Assembly (NCBI GenBank): GCA_965223415.1
Contig: OZ245002.1
Coordinates: 1-64,000 of the forward strand
DNA: 64,000 nucleotides
Origin: Myxococcota bacterium
GTDB taxonomy: Bacteria; Myxococcota_A; UBA9160; UBA6930
Reading direction: 5' to 3'
Below are positions 1 through 9,214 of the stretch, one piece after another. The notes beneath the pieces were generated by a model. The model did no database searches and had not been told where the DNA came from. It saw nothing but the letters and a program-made list of their open reading frames with translations. The number at the start of each line of letters is the position of its first letter. Position 1 is the stretch's first letter. The translations under genes were made by a program, and so were the position numbers.

Positions 1-3000
1 CAGCAGGCCGTGACCCAGTTCGAGACCGCCCTGGAAGCGGACCCGGATCACGTGAACGCGCTCCTCGGGCTGGCCGACGCCCAGCAGCGGCTGCAGGCGC
101 CCGAGCGCGCGGTCACCGCCTTGGAGCGCGCGGTCGATCGCCTGCGCGGTGTCGAGCGTGCCCCCGCCCTCGTCTCCCTGGGCCGCCTGCTGCGCGAGCA
201 CCTGAACGACCCGGAGCGCGCGATGACCGCCTTCAAGCGCGCGCTGACCGACGATCCGGACAGCGAGGACGCCCTCGAGGCCCTGGCCGAGTGCGCCTCG
301 CAGGACAACGATTGGGAAGGCTTCGACGACCTGATGGAGCGCCGCTACCAGGCGGCGCGAGACGATATCCGCCGGCTCGCGGTCGCCCACGAAGCGGGGC
401 GCATCCAGCTCGAGGAGCGCCGCGACGCCGAAGGTGCCCGTCGCTGGTTCGATCGCGCCGTCGCCCTGTTTCCCGACGACCCGGTCGTGCACCTCTACCT
501 CGCCGATATCGAGCGGCTGACTGGCAACCAGGACGCCCTCGGTGCCCACCTGCGTCAAGCGGCCGTCCTGGCCGACGAAGCGGCGCCGGTGGACGTGCTC
601 CACGAGAGCGCCCAGCTCGCCACCGACGAGGGCGACGATGACTTCGCCGCCGACCAGCTCGCCCGCGCTCTCGCCCGCGAGCCCGACGACCCGACGCTGC
701 GGGCGGACCTGATGGCCGCCTTGGAACGGCTCGGCCGAGACGGCGAGCTGCTCGAGCTGCTCGTCGCCGACGCGGAGCGCGCCGAGCCCGGATCCGCCGA
801 CGAAGTGGCCGCCTGGCTGCGCGTCGCGACCCACCGGGAGGAGCGGCTGCAGGATCCGGAGACGGCCCGCGCCGACTACCGGCGCGCCTTCGAGATCGAC
901 CCGGGCTCCGAGGCCGCGGGCATGGCCCTCTCCCGCTCGCTGGCCGCGGTGGAGGCCTGGGAAGAGCTGCGCCAGGTGCACGAGCAGGTGATGGAAACGA
1001 GCGCGGCGCCCGCCGCGCGCCGCGCCCAGGCAGCCTGCGAGCTGGGCGACTTCGCCCTCGAGCGGGGGCTGGATCTGGACGGAGCGGAGGCCGCCTTCCA
1101 GCGCGGTCTCGAGCTCGACCCTTCCTGCCAACGGGCACGGGAGGGCGTGGAGCGGGTGGCCCTCACCCGGGGCGACGACACCGCCCTGCTCGCCGCCTTC
1201 GAACGCGAGGCGCGGGTGACCAGCGACCGGGATCGGCTGCGCTTCCTGGTCTGGGAGCTGGTGCGGATCCACGAGGCCCGGGAAGAGCCCGAGCGCGCGC
1301 TCGAATGGCTCGTCCACCTCGTGCAATCGGCACCGGAGGACGCGCGGGCCCTCGAGGGCTGCGCCCGCCTCCAGGAGCAGCTCCGGGACGACGAGGGCCT
1401 GGCCACGACGCTTGGCCGCCTCGACCCGCTGCTCTCGGGCGAGGAGCAGGCGAAGAACCGCCGGCGCCTGGCCGCGCTCCACATCGCCCGCGGCGACCAG
1501 GAGCGGGCCATCGAAGCGACCCGCGCCCAGCTCGAAGCCACGCCCGACGACGTGGAGGCGCTGTGGGAGCTCGATGCCCTGCTCGCCAGGGCCGTCCGCA
1601 GGGACGAGCTGGTGCAGGTGCGCCATCACCTGGGCGCACTGCTCCAGGGCGCCGAGCGGGCGGCCTGCCTCGTCTCGCTGGCGGAGCTCCTCAGCGAGCA
1701 GGGCCGCATCGAGGATGCGGTCGACACGCTGGACCAGGTCGAGGCCGCCGACCGGCCGCCCGGCGCCGCTGCCCTGCGCGAAGCCGGCCTGCGCCGCCTC
1801 GGCCGCTGGGAGGCCTTGTGCCAGGAGCTCGCGACGCGAAGGGAGGGCCTCGATCCCCTCGATCCCCGCGGCTTCGAGCTCGACGTGGAGCGCGCCGAGA
1901 TCCTGCTGCACCGGCTGGGCGACGCCGAGCGCGCCGTCGAGCTGTTCGACCTGGCGCGGGAAGCGGCGCCCCACTCGGAGCGCGCCCGGACCGGCCTCGA
2001 GACCGCCCTGCGACGCTCCGGTCGCAACGATCGGCTGGTCTCGCTGCTGGAAGAGAAGGCCCGAGCGGAAGCCGATGCCGAGCAGCGCGCGCAGCTCACC
2101 CTCGAGCGGGCCCACCTGCTGGAAGAAGCCCTCGAGCAGCTGCCCGAGGCCAAGACCGTGCTGGAGGAGATCGCCGACGGCGGCTCGGGCCTGGCGTCCG
2201 ACGCCGAGCAGCGTCTCCTGGCCCTGTACGAGCGCACCGGCGATTGGGCGGCGCTCTGCCGGCGCCGCGCCGAGCAGCTGGGGAGCGGCGATGCCCGGGC
2301 CGATTGCGCCCTGCGACTGGAGCTGGCGGAGCTGTGCCTCGAGCGGCTCGACGACCGGACCCAGGCGGTCGTCCACCTGGAAGCCGCCGGCGAGCTCGCG
2401 CCGGAGCGGGCGGAGATCTGGCAGCAGCTCGCCGTCCTGCACGAGGCGGCGGGCAACGAGCCGGCCCTGCTCGCTGCCTGCGAGGCGGAGCTGGCCACCG
2501 ATCCCGACGCCTCCCGGGCCGCGCTGCTGCGCGGACGCGCCGCCGAGCTGGCCCAGGCCGCCGGCGACGAGGCCTGCGCCGAGACCCACTTCGCCGCCCT
2601 GCTCGCGTTGGACCCGACCCACGCGGGCGCGGCCCAGTTCCTGACCGACCGCTTCGAGCGCGAGGCGCGACACGCCGAGCTGGCCGAGCTGCTCGAGCGC
2701 CGCGTGGGCCAGCTGACGCCCGAGGACGTGGCCGCCGGCGGCGACGCCTCGCTGCGTCTGCGGATGGCGGCCCTGCAGGCTGGCCCCCTCGACCGCACCG
2801 AGGACGCGGTGGCCAACCTGGAGATCGCGGCCGCACGCGACGTCACCTTGGCGGTGGTCGCGGAGCCGCTGGCCGATCTCTACGAACGTTGCGGGCGCGG
2901 CGAGGCCCTCGTCGCCCTGGCGCGCCGGGCGGCCCAGCACAGCGACGTGCCCGAAGAGCGTGCGAGCTGGAACCTGCGCATCGCCGACGCGCTCCGCCGG

Positions 3001-6000
3001 GCGGACGACGTGCCCGGCGCCGCCGAGGCCTATCGCCGGGCCCTGACCGACCGGCCCGACGACCGCGCGGCCCAGGGCGCACTCCGGGAGCTCTATCGCC
3101 AGCTCGGCGAGGCGGAGCCCCTGGCGCGGCTGCTCGAGGCCGAGCTCGCCCGGGTGGGCGGCGTCGCCGAGGTGCCGCTGCGCGTGGAGCTCGCGGGGCT
3201 GCTCGCCGGCGAGCTCGATCGCGAGGCCGATGCGCTCGTTCACCTGCGCCGGGTGCTCGAGCTCGAGCCCGACCACGCGCCGTCCCTCGGTCGCGCGATC
3301 GAGCTGGCGGCCACACTGGAGCGCAACGACGACACCCTCGAGCTGCTGAGCCTGGCGTTGAAGCGCATCCGCAGCCCGCTGCCCCGGGCACAGCTCCTCG
3401 CCCGCCGCGGGCGCATCGAGGCCGACGCGATGGGTCGCTCGGGAGAGGCGCTCGTCACCTTCCAGGAAGCCCTGGCCCTCGATCCCTCGGACGCCGAGAT
3501 CCGTACCCGGGTCCGGCAGCTGATGGAGCAGGAGGGCGATTGGCTGGGCGTGCTCCAGTGCATCGAGCGCGAGGCCGGCCGCCTGCCCGCCGACGCCGAG
3601 AGCGAGCGCGCCGGCCTGCTCGAGGAGGGCGCGGGCCTGGCCGCGGCCCACTGCGGCCTCGAAGCCTCGCTGCCCTGGCTCTCGCGGCTTCGCACCCTGC
3701 GCCCGGACGACGCGACGGTCCTCGCTCGCATCGCGGACGTGCACCGGGCCGCCGGACGACACGACGCCCTGCTGCGCGCGCTGGAAGACGAGATCGCCAC
3801 GAGCCCCGAGGCCGAGCGCCGCGCCGCCCTCGAGTGCGAGCGGGCGCGACTGTTCGAGCAGGAGCTCGGCGCCACCGGCCGCGCGATCAGCGCCCTCGAG
3901 GCGGCGCGCGAAGCGGTGCCCGAGGCCCTGGACGTCCTCACCCAGCTCGAGCGCCTGTACGGCGACGCCGGGCGCACCCGCGACCGCGCCGGTGTGCTCA
4001 CCGGCCTGATCGAGCGCAGCGAAGGCGCGACCCGCCTGGGCTGGCGCCGCGCCGCCGCCGCAGCCTGGCGGGAGCTCGGCGAGCCGCGCACGAGCGCCGA
4101 CCTCCTGTGGGCCGCCCTGCCCGACGCCGGCGAGGGCATCGACCGGGTGGAAATCCTTCGCGAGCTCGAAGAGCTCCTGCCCCGGCTCGGCCGGCGCGAC
4201 CTGTGGGCGCGGGTGGCCGAGGCGGAGCTCGCCTCCCTCGACTCCCAGGCCCCCGTGTTCGTGGAGCGAAGGCGCGAGCTGCGCTGGCTCCTGGCCGAGA
4301 GCTATCGCAAGGAGCTCGCACGCCCGGACCTGGCCCTGCGCCACCTGCGGGAGCTACTCGACCGCGAGAGCGCCGGCGACGCCGAGGCCGCGGCCCGGCC
4401 CGCCGAGGAAGCGCTGCTCGCCCTGCTGCGCCGGGCGGGGGACGCGGTGGAGCTGGAGATGCGGCTCGGGCGACGTCTCTCGGCGGAACAGAGCGATGAC
4501 GCGGAAGCCTGGTTCGAGCTGGGGCAGCTTCGCCTGGAGCGCCTGCACCGCATGGGGCTCGCCGCCGAGGCCTTCGAGCGCGCGCTGGCCGCCGATCCGG
4601 ACCACCTGGGTGCCCTGCGCGGCCTGCGCAGCTGCGCCCAGCGTCTCGGTCGTCACGCGGACGTCGCCCGCACCCTCGAGCGCGAGCTCGAGCTGCGGCC
4701 GGATGCGGACCCCCACGAGCGCGCCACCCTGCACCGCGCCCTCGGCGAAATCAGCTGGCGAGAGCTCGATTCCACCACCCGGGCCAGTCGCGCCTTCGCC
4801 GAGGCCTTGGAGGCGGATCCGGGCGACCTGTCCTCGCTGCGATCCCTCCAGTCCCTGTTCGAGACCATGGAAGACTGGCGCGGAGCTGCGGACCTCTACG
4901 AGAGCGAAGTGGCCGTGCTGGGACAGCGGGAAGCGAGCCGGCGCCAGGAGGCCTGGCTCCGCGTGGGCGCCATCGCCCGGGATCGCCTCGACGATCTGGA
5001 TCGTGCGCTCGCGGCCTTCGAGGCCGCCCGGGAGGTGGCGCCGCTCACCCTGCGCGCGCGCTTCGACCTGGCTCGCCTGCTCCAGCGCGCCGGCCAGCAG
5101 GAACGCTTCGCCGAGGTCTTCGCCAGCTGGGTGGACGCCGAGGGTTCCGGAGCCGAGGTCGCGGACCACCTGGAGCTGGCCCATGCCCTGGAGGGGCTCG
5201 GCCGCGATGAGGTGGCCCTGGCCCGTGTCGAGCGCGCCCTCGCCCTTGCGCCGGAGAACCTCGAAGGGTGGGACGCCGCAGCCCGGCTGCGCGACCAGCT
5301 CGGGCGAAGCGACGCCTGCGAGGCCTTCGAGCGCGCCGCCGCCAGCACCCAGGGACGGCAGGCCGCGGAGCGCCGACTGGCGGCCGCCGCCCGCGCGACC
5401 AGCGACGAGGAGCGGGCCCGCCTGCTCGACCGGGCCGTCGCCGACGACCCGGCCCTGGTGGAGGGCCACGCGCGTCTCGCCGCGGTCGCCGCGCGCCTCG
5501 GCCGCGCCGCCCAGGCCGAGCGTGCCGGCCTGCGCACGCTGGAGCAGGACGTGGACGAGAACCTGGCCCCGGAGCTGCGCAGCGAGGCCGCCCTGGCCGG
5601 CGGCCGGGCCGCCATGGAGCTGGGTCACGGCCCCCAGGCCCTCTCGCTCTTCGACGCGGTCCTGGCCGGGGACCCGGACCATCGCGAGGCCCTGTCCGCC
5701 CACGGGCGAACGGCCCTCGCCCAGGGCGACGCGCCCCTGGCCCGGCGCTCCCTCGAGCGCTGGATCGAGGGGGCCGACGAGGAAAACGATTCCGCGCGTG
5801 CCGAGCACCTGGCCGGTCTGGGCCGGGCCCTCGAGCTGCAGGGAGAAGCGGAGGCCGCCCTCGAGCGGTTCCGCGAAGCCCTCGCCCTCGACGTACGCCT
5901 CGAGGACGCCCACCGCGGCCGCACGGAGCTGCTGGAAGCCGCCGGCCGCATCGACGAGGCGGTGGACTCGCTCCAGGCCTGGGCGGCGCGGGCGACCGAC

Positions 6001-7413
6001 GCCGCCGTGCGCGCGGACCGGCTGCTGCGCGCCGCAGGCATGGAGCTCGAACGACCGGGCCGGGAGGAGCCGGCGGAGGCGCTGTTGCGCGAAGCCGCGG
6101 CCCAGGCCCCGGAGAACCCGGAGGGATGGACGCTCCTCTGTGAGCTGCTCTGGCAGCAAGGACGCGGGAGTGAGGCCCTCGACCAGGCGACCCGTGCGGT
6201 GGACGCCCTCGGCGAAGTGCCGGAGGCCACGCGCCTCGCGCTGGTGCGCGGGCGCGCCCTCGAGCAGCGCGGCGACGGTCGCGCCGCCGCCGACAGCTTC
6301 CGCAGCGCGATGCGTTGCGATCCTGGCTGTGGCGAGGCCGCCCTCTCTGCAGCGCGCCTGCTCCGCGCGCTTGGCGAATGGCGCGAGGCAGCGGAGGTGC
6401 TCCGCAGCTTCGTCGACGGCGCGCCGGAGGAGGCGGCGCCGGACGTGGCCCAAGCTCTCCACCAGCTCGGACGGCTGCTCGCCGGTCCGCTGGAGGACGT
6501 GGAAGGCGCGGTCGACGTGTATCGCAAGGCCCTGGAGGCCGAGCCGGAGCTGCACGACGCCGAGGAAGCGCTGGCGGACCTGCTGGTGCACCGGCCCGAG
6601 CAGTGGGACGACGCCGTCGCCCGCCACCTGGCCCTGCTCGAGCGGGATCCGGCGCGCCTGTCGTCCCTGCGCGGACTGCTGTCCATCGCCCGGGGCCAGG
6701 ATCGCACCCGGGCTGCGGCCGTCGGCCTGAGCCTGCTGCGCGCCCTGGGCTGTGCCACGCCGGAGGAGCGCGTGGAAGCGCCGGCCCGGCTGCCGGCCCG
6801 GGAGGATCCGCCGCGCCTGCCGGACGCCACCGGCGAGGCGCTGCGCCAGCTCGCCGTCGCGGCCGGCAAGGAGATCGGCGAAGCCCTCGGCGTGGGGAGC
6901 GCTGGAGACGCCGCCGCCACGCCGCCCGGCGCGGACCCGGTCACGCGATTGCGCTCCGCCCTGACGGCGGCCGAGGGCGAGCTCTCGGCGCCGGCCCTGG
7001 TCCCGCTCTCCAACGCCGAGGTGGGCCAGGCCCTCACCCTCGCCGCGGAGCTCACTCTCGAAGTCGATTCGGTGCACGGCGACGGCCACCTGGTCAACGC
7101 CCTCTCGAGCGCACTGAACCGGCGCGCTCGTCGCCGACTGCGCAAGACCCTGGGCGATGTGTCTGCCGCCGACGTGGCGGCCGTCGACTGGGACGCCTGG
7201 CGGCTCTCCCTGCGCGCCGAGGCCGCCCTCGCGGCCCTCGAGCGGGTGGACGGAGAGCTGCGCAGCGCCTTCTTGGCCTGGCTCGAAGAAGAGCCGGGAC
7301 AGAACCGGGAGACCCTCCCCCCGGAGTCCGACCTGCGCGATCGCATCCTCGCCAATCCCCAGGCCCTGCAGTTCCTGCGCTGTCTGATCGGCCAGTGGAA
7401 GGACCTGCTTTGA
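1..7413 (+). CDS. Giant tetratricopeptide-repeat protein (>2467 aa, 5'-truncated by window edge); myxobacterial AgmK-like architecture
   Basis: Frame open from base 1; dozens of TPR-like units (A..A...AL..DP....A...L..L); strong GC3 codon bias. Confidence 0.85.
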   Translation, partial: QQAVTQFETALEADPDHVNALLGLADAQQRLQAPERAVTALERAVDRLRGVERAPALVSLGRLLREHLNDPERAMTAFKRALTDDPDSEDALEALAECASQDNDWEGFDDLMERRYQAARDDIRRLAVAHEAGRIQLEERRDAEGARRWFDRAVALFPDDPVVHLYLADIERLTGNQDALGAHLRQAAVLADEAAPVDVLHESAQLATDEGDDDFAADQLARALAREPDDPTLRADLMAALERLGRDGELLELLVADAERAEPGSADEVAAWLRVATHREERLQDPETARADYRRAFEIDPGSEAAGMALSRSLAAVEAWEELRQVHEQVMETSAAPAARRAQAACELGDFALERGLDLDGAEAAFQRGLELDPSCQRAREGVERVALTRGDDTALLAAFEREARVTSDRDRLRFLVWELVRIHEAREEPERALEWLVHLVQSAPEDARALEGCARLQEQLRDDEGLATTLGRLDPLLSGEEQAKNRRRLAALHIARGDQERAIEATRAQLEATPDDVEALWELDALLARAVRRDELVQVRHHLGALLQGAERAACLVSLAELLSEQGRIEDAVDTLDQVEAADRPPGAAALREAGLRRLGRWEALCQELATRREGLDPLDPRGFELDVERAEILLHRLGDAERAVELFDLAREAAPHSERARTGLETALRRSGRNDRLVSLLEEKARAEADAEQRAQLTLERAHLLEEALEQLPEAKTVLEEIADGGSGLASDAEQRLLALYERTGDWAALCRRRAEQLGSGDARADCALRLELAELCLERLDDRTQAVVHLEAAGELAPERAEIWQQLAVLHEAAGNEPALLAACEAELATDPDASRAALLRGRAAELAQAAGDEACAETHFAALLALDPTHAGAAQFLTDRFEREARHAELAELLERRVGQLTPEDVAAGGDASLRLRMAALQAGPLDRTEDAVANLEIAAARDVTLAVVAEPLADLYERCGRGEALVALARRAAQHSDVPEERASWNLRIADALRRADDVPGAAEAYRRALTDRPDDRAAQGALRELYRQLGEAEPLARLLEAELARVGGVAEVPLRVELAGLLAGELDREADALVHLRRVLELEPDHAPSLGRAIELAATLERNDDTLELLSLALKRIRSPLPRAQLLARRGRIEADAMGRSGEALVTFQEALALDPSDAEIRTRVRQLMEQEGDWLGVLQCIEREAGRLPADAESERAGLLEEGAGLAAAHCGLEASLPWLSRLRTLRPDDATVLARIADVHRAAGRHDALLRALEDEIATSPEAERRAALECERARLFEQELGATGRAISALEAAREAVPEALDVLTQLERLYGDAGRTRDRAGVLTGLIERSEGATRLGWRRAAAAAWRELGEPRTSADLLWAALPDAGEGIDRVEILRELEELLPRLGRRDLWARVAEAELASLDSQAPVFVERRRELRWLLAESYRKELARPDLALRHLRELLDRESAGDAEAAARPAEEALLALLRRAGDAVELEMRLGRRLSAEQSDDAEAWFELGQLRLERLHRMGLAAEAFERALAADPDHLGALRGLRSCAQRLGRHADVARTLERELELRPDADPHERATLHRALGEISWRELDSTTRASRAFAEALEADPGDLSSLRSLQSLFETMEDWRGAADLYESEVAVLGQREASRRQEAWLRVGAIARDRLDDLDRALAAFEAAREVAPLTLRARFDLARLLQRAGQQERFAEVFASWVDAEGSGAEVADHLELAHALEGLGRDEVALARVERALALAPENLEGWDAAARLRDQLGRSDACEAFERAAASTQGRQAAERRLAAAARATSDEERARLLDRAVADDPALVEGHARLAAVAARLGRAAQAERAGLRTLEQDVDENLAPELRSEAALAGGRAAMELGHGPQALSLFDAVLAGDPDHREALSAHGRTALAQGDAPLARRSLERWIEGADEENDSARAEHLAGLGRALELQGEAEAALERFREALALDVRLEDAHRGRTELLEAAGRIDEAVDSLQAWAARATDAAVRADRLLRAAGMELERPGREEPAEALLREAAAQAPENPEGWTLLCELLWQQGRGSEALDQATRAVDALGEVPEATRLALVRGRALEQRGDGRAAADSFRSAMRCDPGCGEAALSAARLLRALGEWREAAEVLRSFVDGAPEEAAPDVAQALHQLGRLLAGPLEDVEGAVDVYRKALEAEPELHDAEEALADLLVHRPEQWDDAVARHLALLERDPARLSSLRGLLSIARGQDRTRAAAVGLSLLRALGCATPEERVEAPARLPAREDPPRLPDATGEALRQLAVAAGKEIGEALGVGSAGDAAATPPGADPVTRLRSALTAAEGELSAPALVPLSNAEVGQALTLAAELTLEVDSVHGDGHLVNALSSALNRRARRRLRKTLGDVSAADVAAVDWDAWRLSLRAEAALAALERVDGELRSAFLAWLEEEPGQNRETLPPESDLRDRILANPQALQFLRCLIGQWKDLL

Positions 7414-7441
7414 AACCTCGCCCGTTCCGGAGGCCAGGCCC

Positions 7442-7828
7442 ATGACGACCCGAAGACGAGATCCCCTGGAGCACCTCGACGAGCAGCGCTGCAAGCGCCG
7501 CTACCGCCGGCAGACCATGCGCGTCATGGTCGACTACGTGGCGGGGGGCAAGGCCTGCTGCGAGTACGCCACCACCCTCGGCGCCGGCGGCATGTTCATC
7601 CAGACCGAGAGCCCGCTTCCCGCGGGCACCACCGTGAAGCTCCGCTTCCGCCTCGCCGAGGACGCGGACGACCTGATCGAGATGGAGGCCCGCGTTGCCT
7701 GGAGCCAGCCCCCGGCCGCCGACGACGTGCGCCGCGATCCGGGCATGGGCATCGAGTTCACGGACAAGGTGGCCATCGCGGAGCTGGCACGACGCCTCGA
7801 GGCGCTGGAAACGGCGGGCGACGAGTAG
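7442..7828 (+). CDS. PilZ-domain protein (TIGR02266-like)
   Basis: KRRYRR motif, LGAGGMFIQT, ARVAW, PGMGIEF; GGAGG RBS upstream. Confidence 0.85.
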   Translation: MTTRRRDPLEHLDEQRCKRRYRRQTMRVMVDYVAGGKACCEYATTLGAGGMFIQTESPLPAGTTVKLRFRLAEDADDLIEMEARVAWSQPPAADDVRRDPGMGIEFTDKVAIAELARRLEALETAGDE

Positions 7829-8030
7829 GGCGCGGCCTGCGGAAGGGAGTCGCGGCTTCCTTCTCTCCTGCCGGGCCGGCGGGCGTCCCGGGCAGCGAGG
7901 GGCGCGGTGTCCTCGCCGGCCCTGCTCCGAGAGGGAGGCCGGCTAGGAAGCGGGTGTCTCGGCTGGATCGAACGCCGACCCCGCCTTGCGCCAGCCCGCG
8001 CACCGAATCCGAGCGCGAGCCGGCCCTCCG
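7829..8030 (-). mobile_element. Remnant of RAYT-type element: end sequence plus last 17 codons of the transposase
   Basis: 7943-7996 minus reads GWRKAGSAFDPAETPAS* versus GWRKAGPAFDPTEIPAS* at the end of 13429-14116; 7846-7940 matches that element's flanks. Confidence 0.8.
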
Positions 8031-8954
8031 CTAGGCCGAGGCGCGAGCGGGCGTGCCAAGGGGCAGACGCTCGAGGGGCGAGGCGTCGGTGTCGCCGCCT
8101 TCCACCACCCAGGCCTCCGGGTGGGCGAGGATCTTCTCCACCAGGGCCTGGTGCAGGGCGTGGCCGCCGCGGACGGCGGTCACGTGGCCCGCGAGCGGGA
8201 GGCCCAGGAGCGAGAGATCACCGATCAGGTCGAGCACCTTGTGGCGCACGAACTCGTCGGGCCAGCGCAGGCCGTCCTCGTTCAGGACGCGGTGGTCGTC
8301 CATGACGACGGTGTTGTCGAGGTTGCCGCCGCGGGCCAGACCGTTGCGCCACAGGGTCTCGACCTCGCGGAGGAAGCCGAAGGTGCGCGCGCGGCCGATC
8401 TCGCGCTCGAAGCTCTCGCCGTCGATGTCGACCTCCTCGACGCTCTGGCGCCCGATGGCCGGATGAGCGAAGTCGACCGAGTAGGAGACGCAGAGGGAGC
8501 GGGCGGGCTCGATGCGGATCGAGCGGTCGCCGTCGCGGACCTCGAGGGGCTGCTGGATGCGCAGGCGGCGCAGGGGCGCGCTCTGCTCGAAGAGCCCGGC
8601 GGCGCGGATCAGGAACACGAAGGAGGCAGCGCTGCCGTCCATCACGGGGATCTCGGGGCCGTCCACCTCGATGCGCACGTTGTCCACGCCCAGGCTGTAG
8701 AGGGCGGAGAGCAGGTGCTCGACGGTGCTGACGGTCGCATCGCCGCGGCCGAGGGTGGTCGCCATCTGGGTGGACGTGACGGACTCGCGACGGGCCGGGA
8801 TCTCCACCGGATGCGCGAGATCGCTGCGCACGAAGACGACACCGCTACCGACCCGGGCCGGATGGAGGGTCAGCTGGACCGGCGCCCCGGTGTGCAGGCC
8901 GATGCCGGTGCAGGAGATCTTCTCCGCGATCGTTCGTTGACTCAAACCGTCCAT
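8031..8954 (-). CDS. lpxC: UDP-3-O-acyl-N-acetylglucosamine deacetylase
   Basis: QRTI..GIGLHTG, STVEHL, DGSA, ARTFG, HKVLDLIGD motifs; start moved to ATG 8954 (TTG 8945 also possible). Confidence 0.96.
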   Translation of the reverse strand: MDGLSQRTIAEKISCTGIGLHTGAPVQLTLHPARVGSGVVFVRSDLAHPVEIPARRESVTSTQMATTLGRGDATVSTVEHLLSALYSLGVDNVRIEVDGPEIPVMDGSAASFVFLIRAAGLFEQSAPLRRLRIQQPLEVRDGDRSIRIEPARSLCVSYSVDFAHPAIGRQSVEEVDIDGESFEREIGRARTFGFLREVETLWRNGLARGGNLDNTVVMDDHRVLNEDGLRWPDEFVRHKVLDLIGDLSLLGLPLAGHVTAVRGGHALHQALVEKILAHPEAWVVEGGDTDASPLERLPLGTPARASA

Positions 8955-8992
8955 CCCCCCCTGCGGCCACGGGCCGCTGCGGCGCGTCAAAG

Positions 8993-9009
8993 AGCAAGGG
9001 GCGTGCCAA
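8993..9009 (-). promoter_or_regulatory. Sigma54 (-24/-12) promoter of lpxC
   Basis: Minus strand TTGGCACGCCCCTTGCT matches TGGCAC-N5-TTGC exactly, ~40 bp upstream of the ATG. Confidence 0.85.
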
Positions 9010-9137
9010 AGGTGTCCCCGGACACCCCTTCCACGTGAAGAACTGATTGATGAGTGAAACCGACGCGTTAGCGTGACGGATCTCACACCCGGGAGGTGAG
9101 GGGAATCGGCAACCGGCCTCCAACGGGCCCGAAACGA

Positions 9138-9173
9138 GTGACGTTTCGGTCACGAGCGTGACGAAGCGGTCAC
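9138..9173. promoter_or_regulatory. Two tandem GTGAC-N6-GTCAC palindromes (putative enhancer-binding-protein sites)
   Basis: gtgacgtttcggtcac (9138-9153) and gtgacgaagcggtcac (9158-9173), 20-bp period, ~130-165 bp upstream of the -24 box. Confidence 0.6.
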
Positions 9174-9214
9174 GGCCCGGTCCAGGGAAGCCCCGAGCGA
9201 CCGGGGTGGACTCC

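Noticed and set aside
7411..7413. Other TGA stops (TPR gene, Hsp70, ADH, gltB) as Sec readthrough sites
   Set aside because: They are not at Cys-equivalent positions and I saw no homologous continuation downstream
1305..7494. Long alternative-frame and antisense ORFs (1305-4499, 4354-7494; likewise 20603-24049, 42469-45024, 52472-55471)
   Set aside because: Shadow ORFs of real high-GC3 genes; Arg/Pro/Gly-rich or antisense mirror translations with no family motifs
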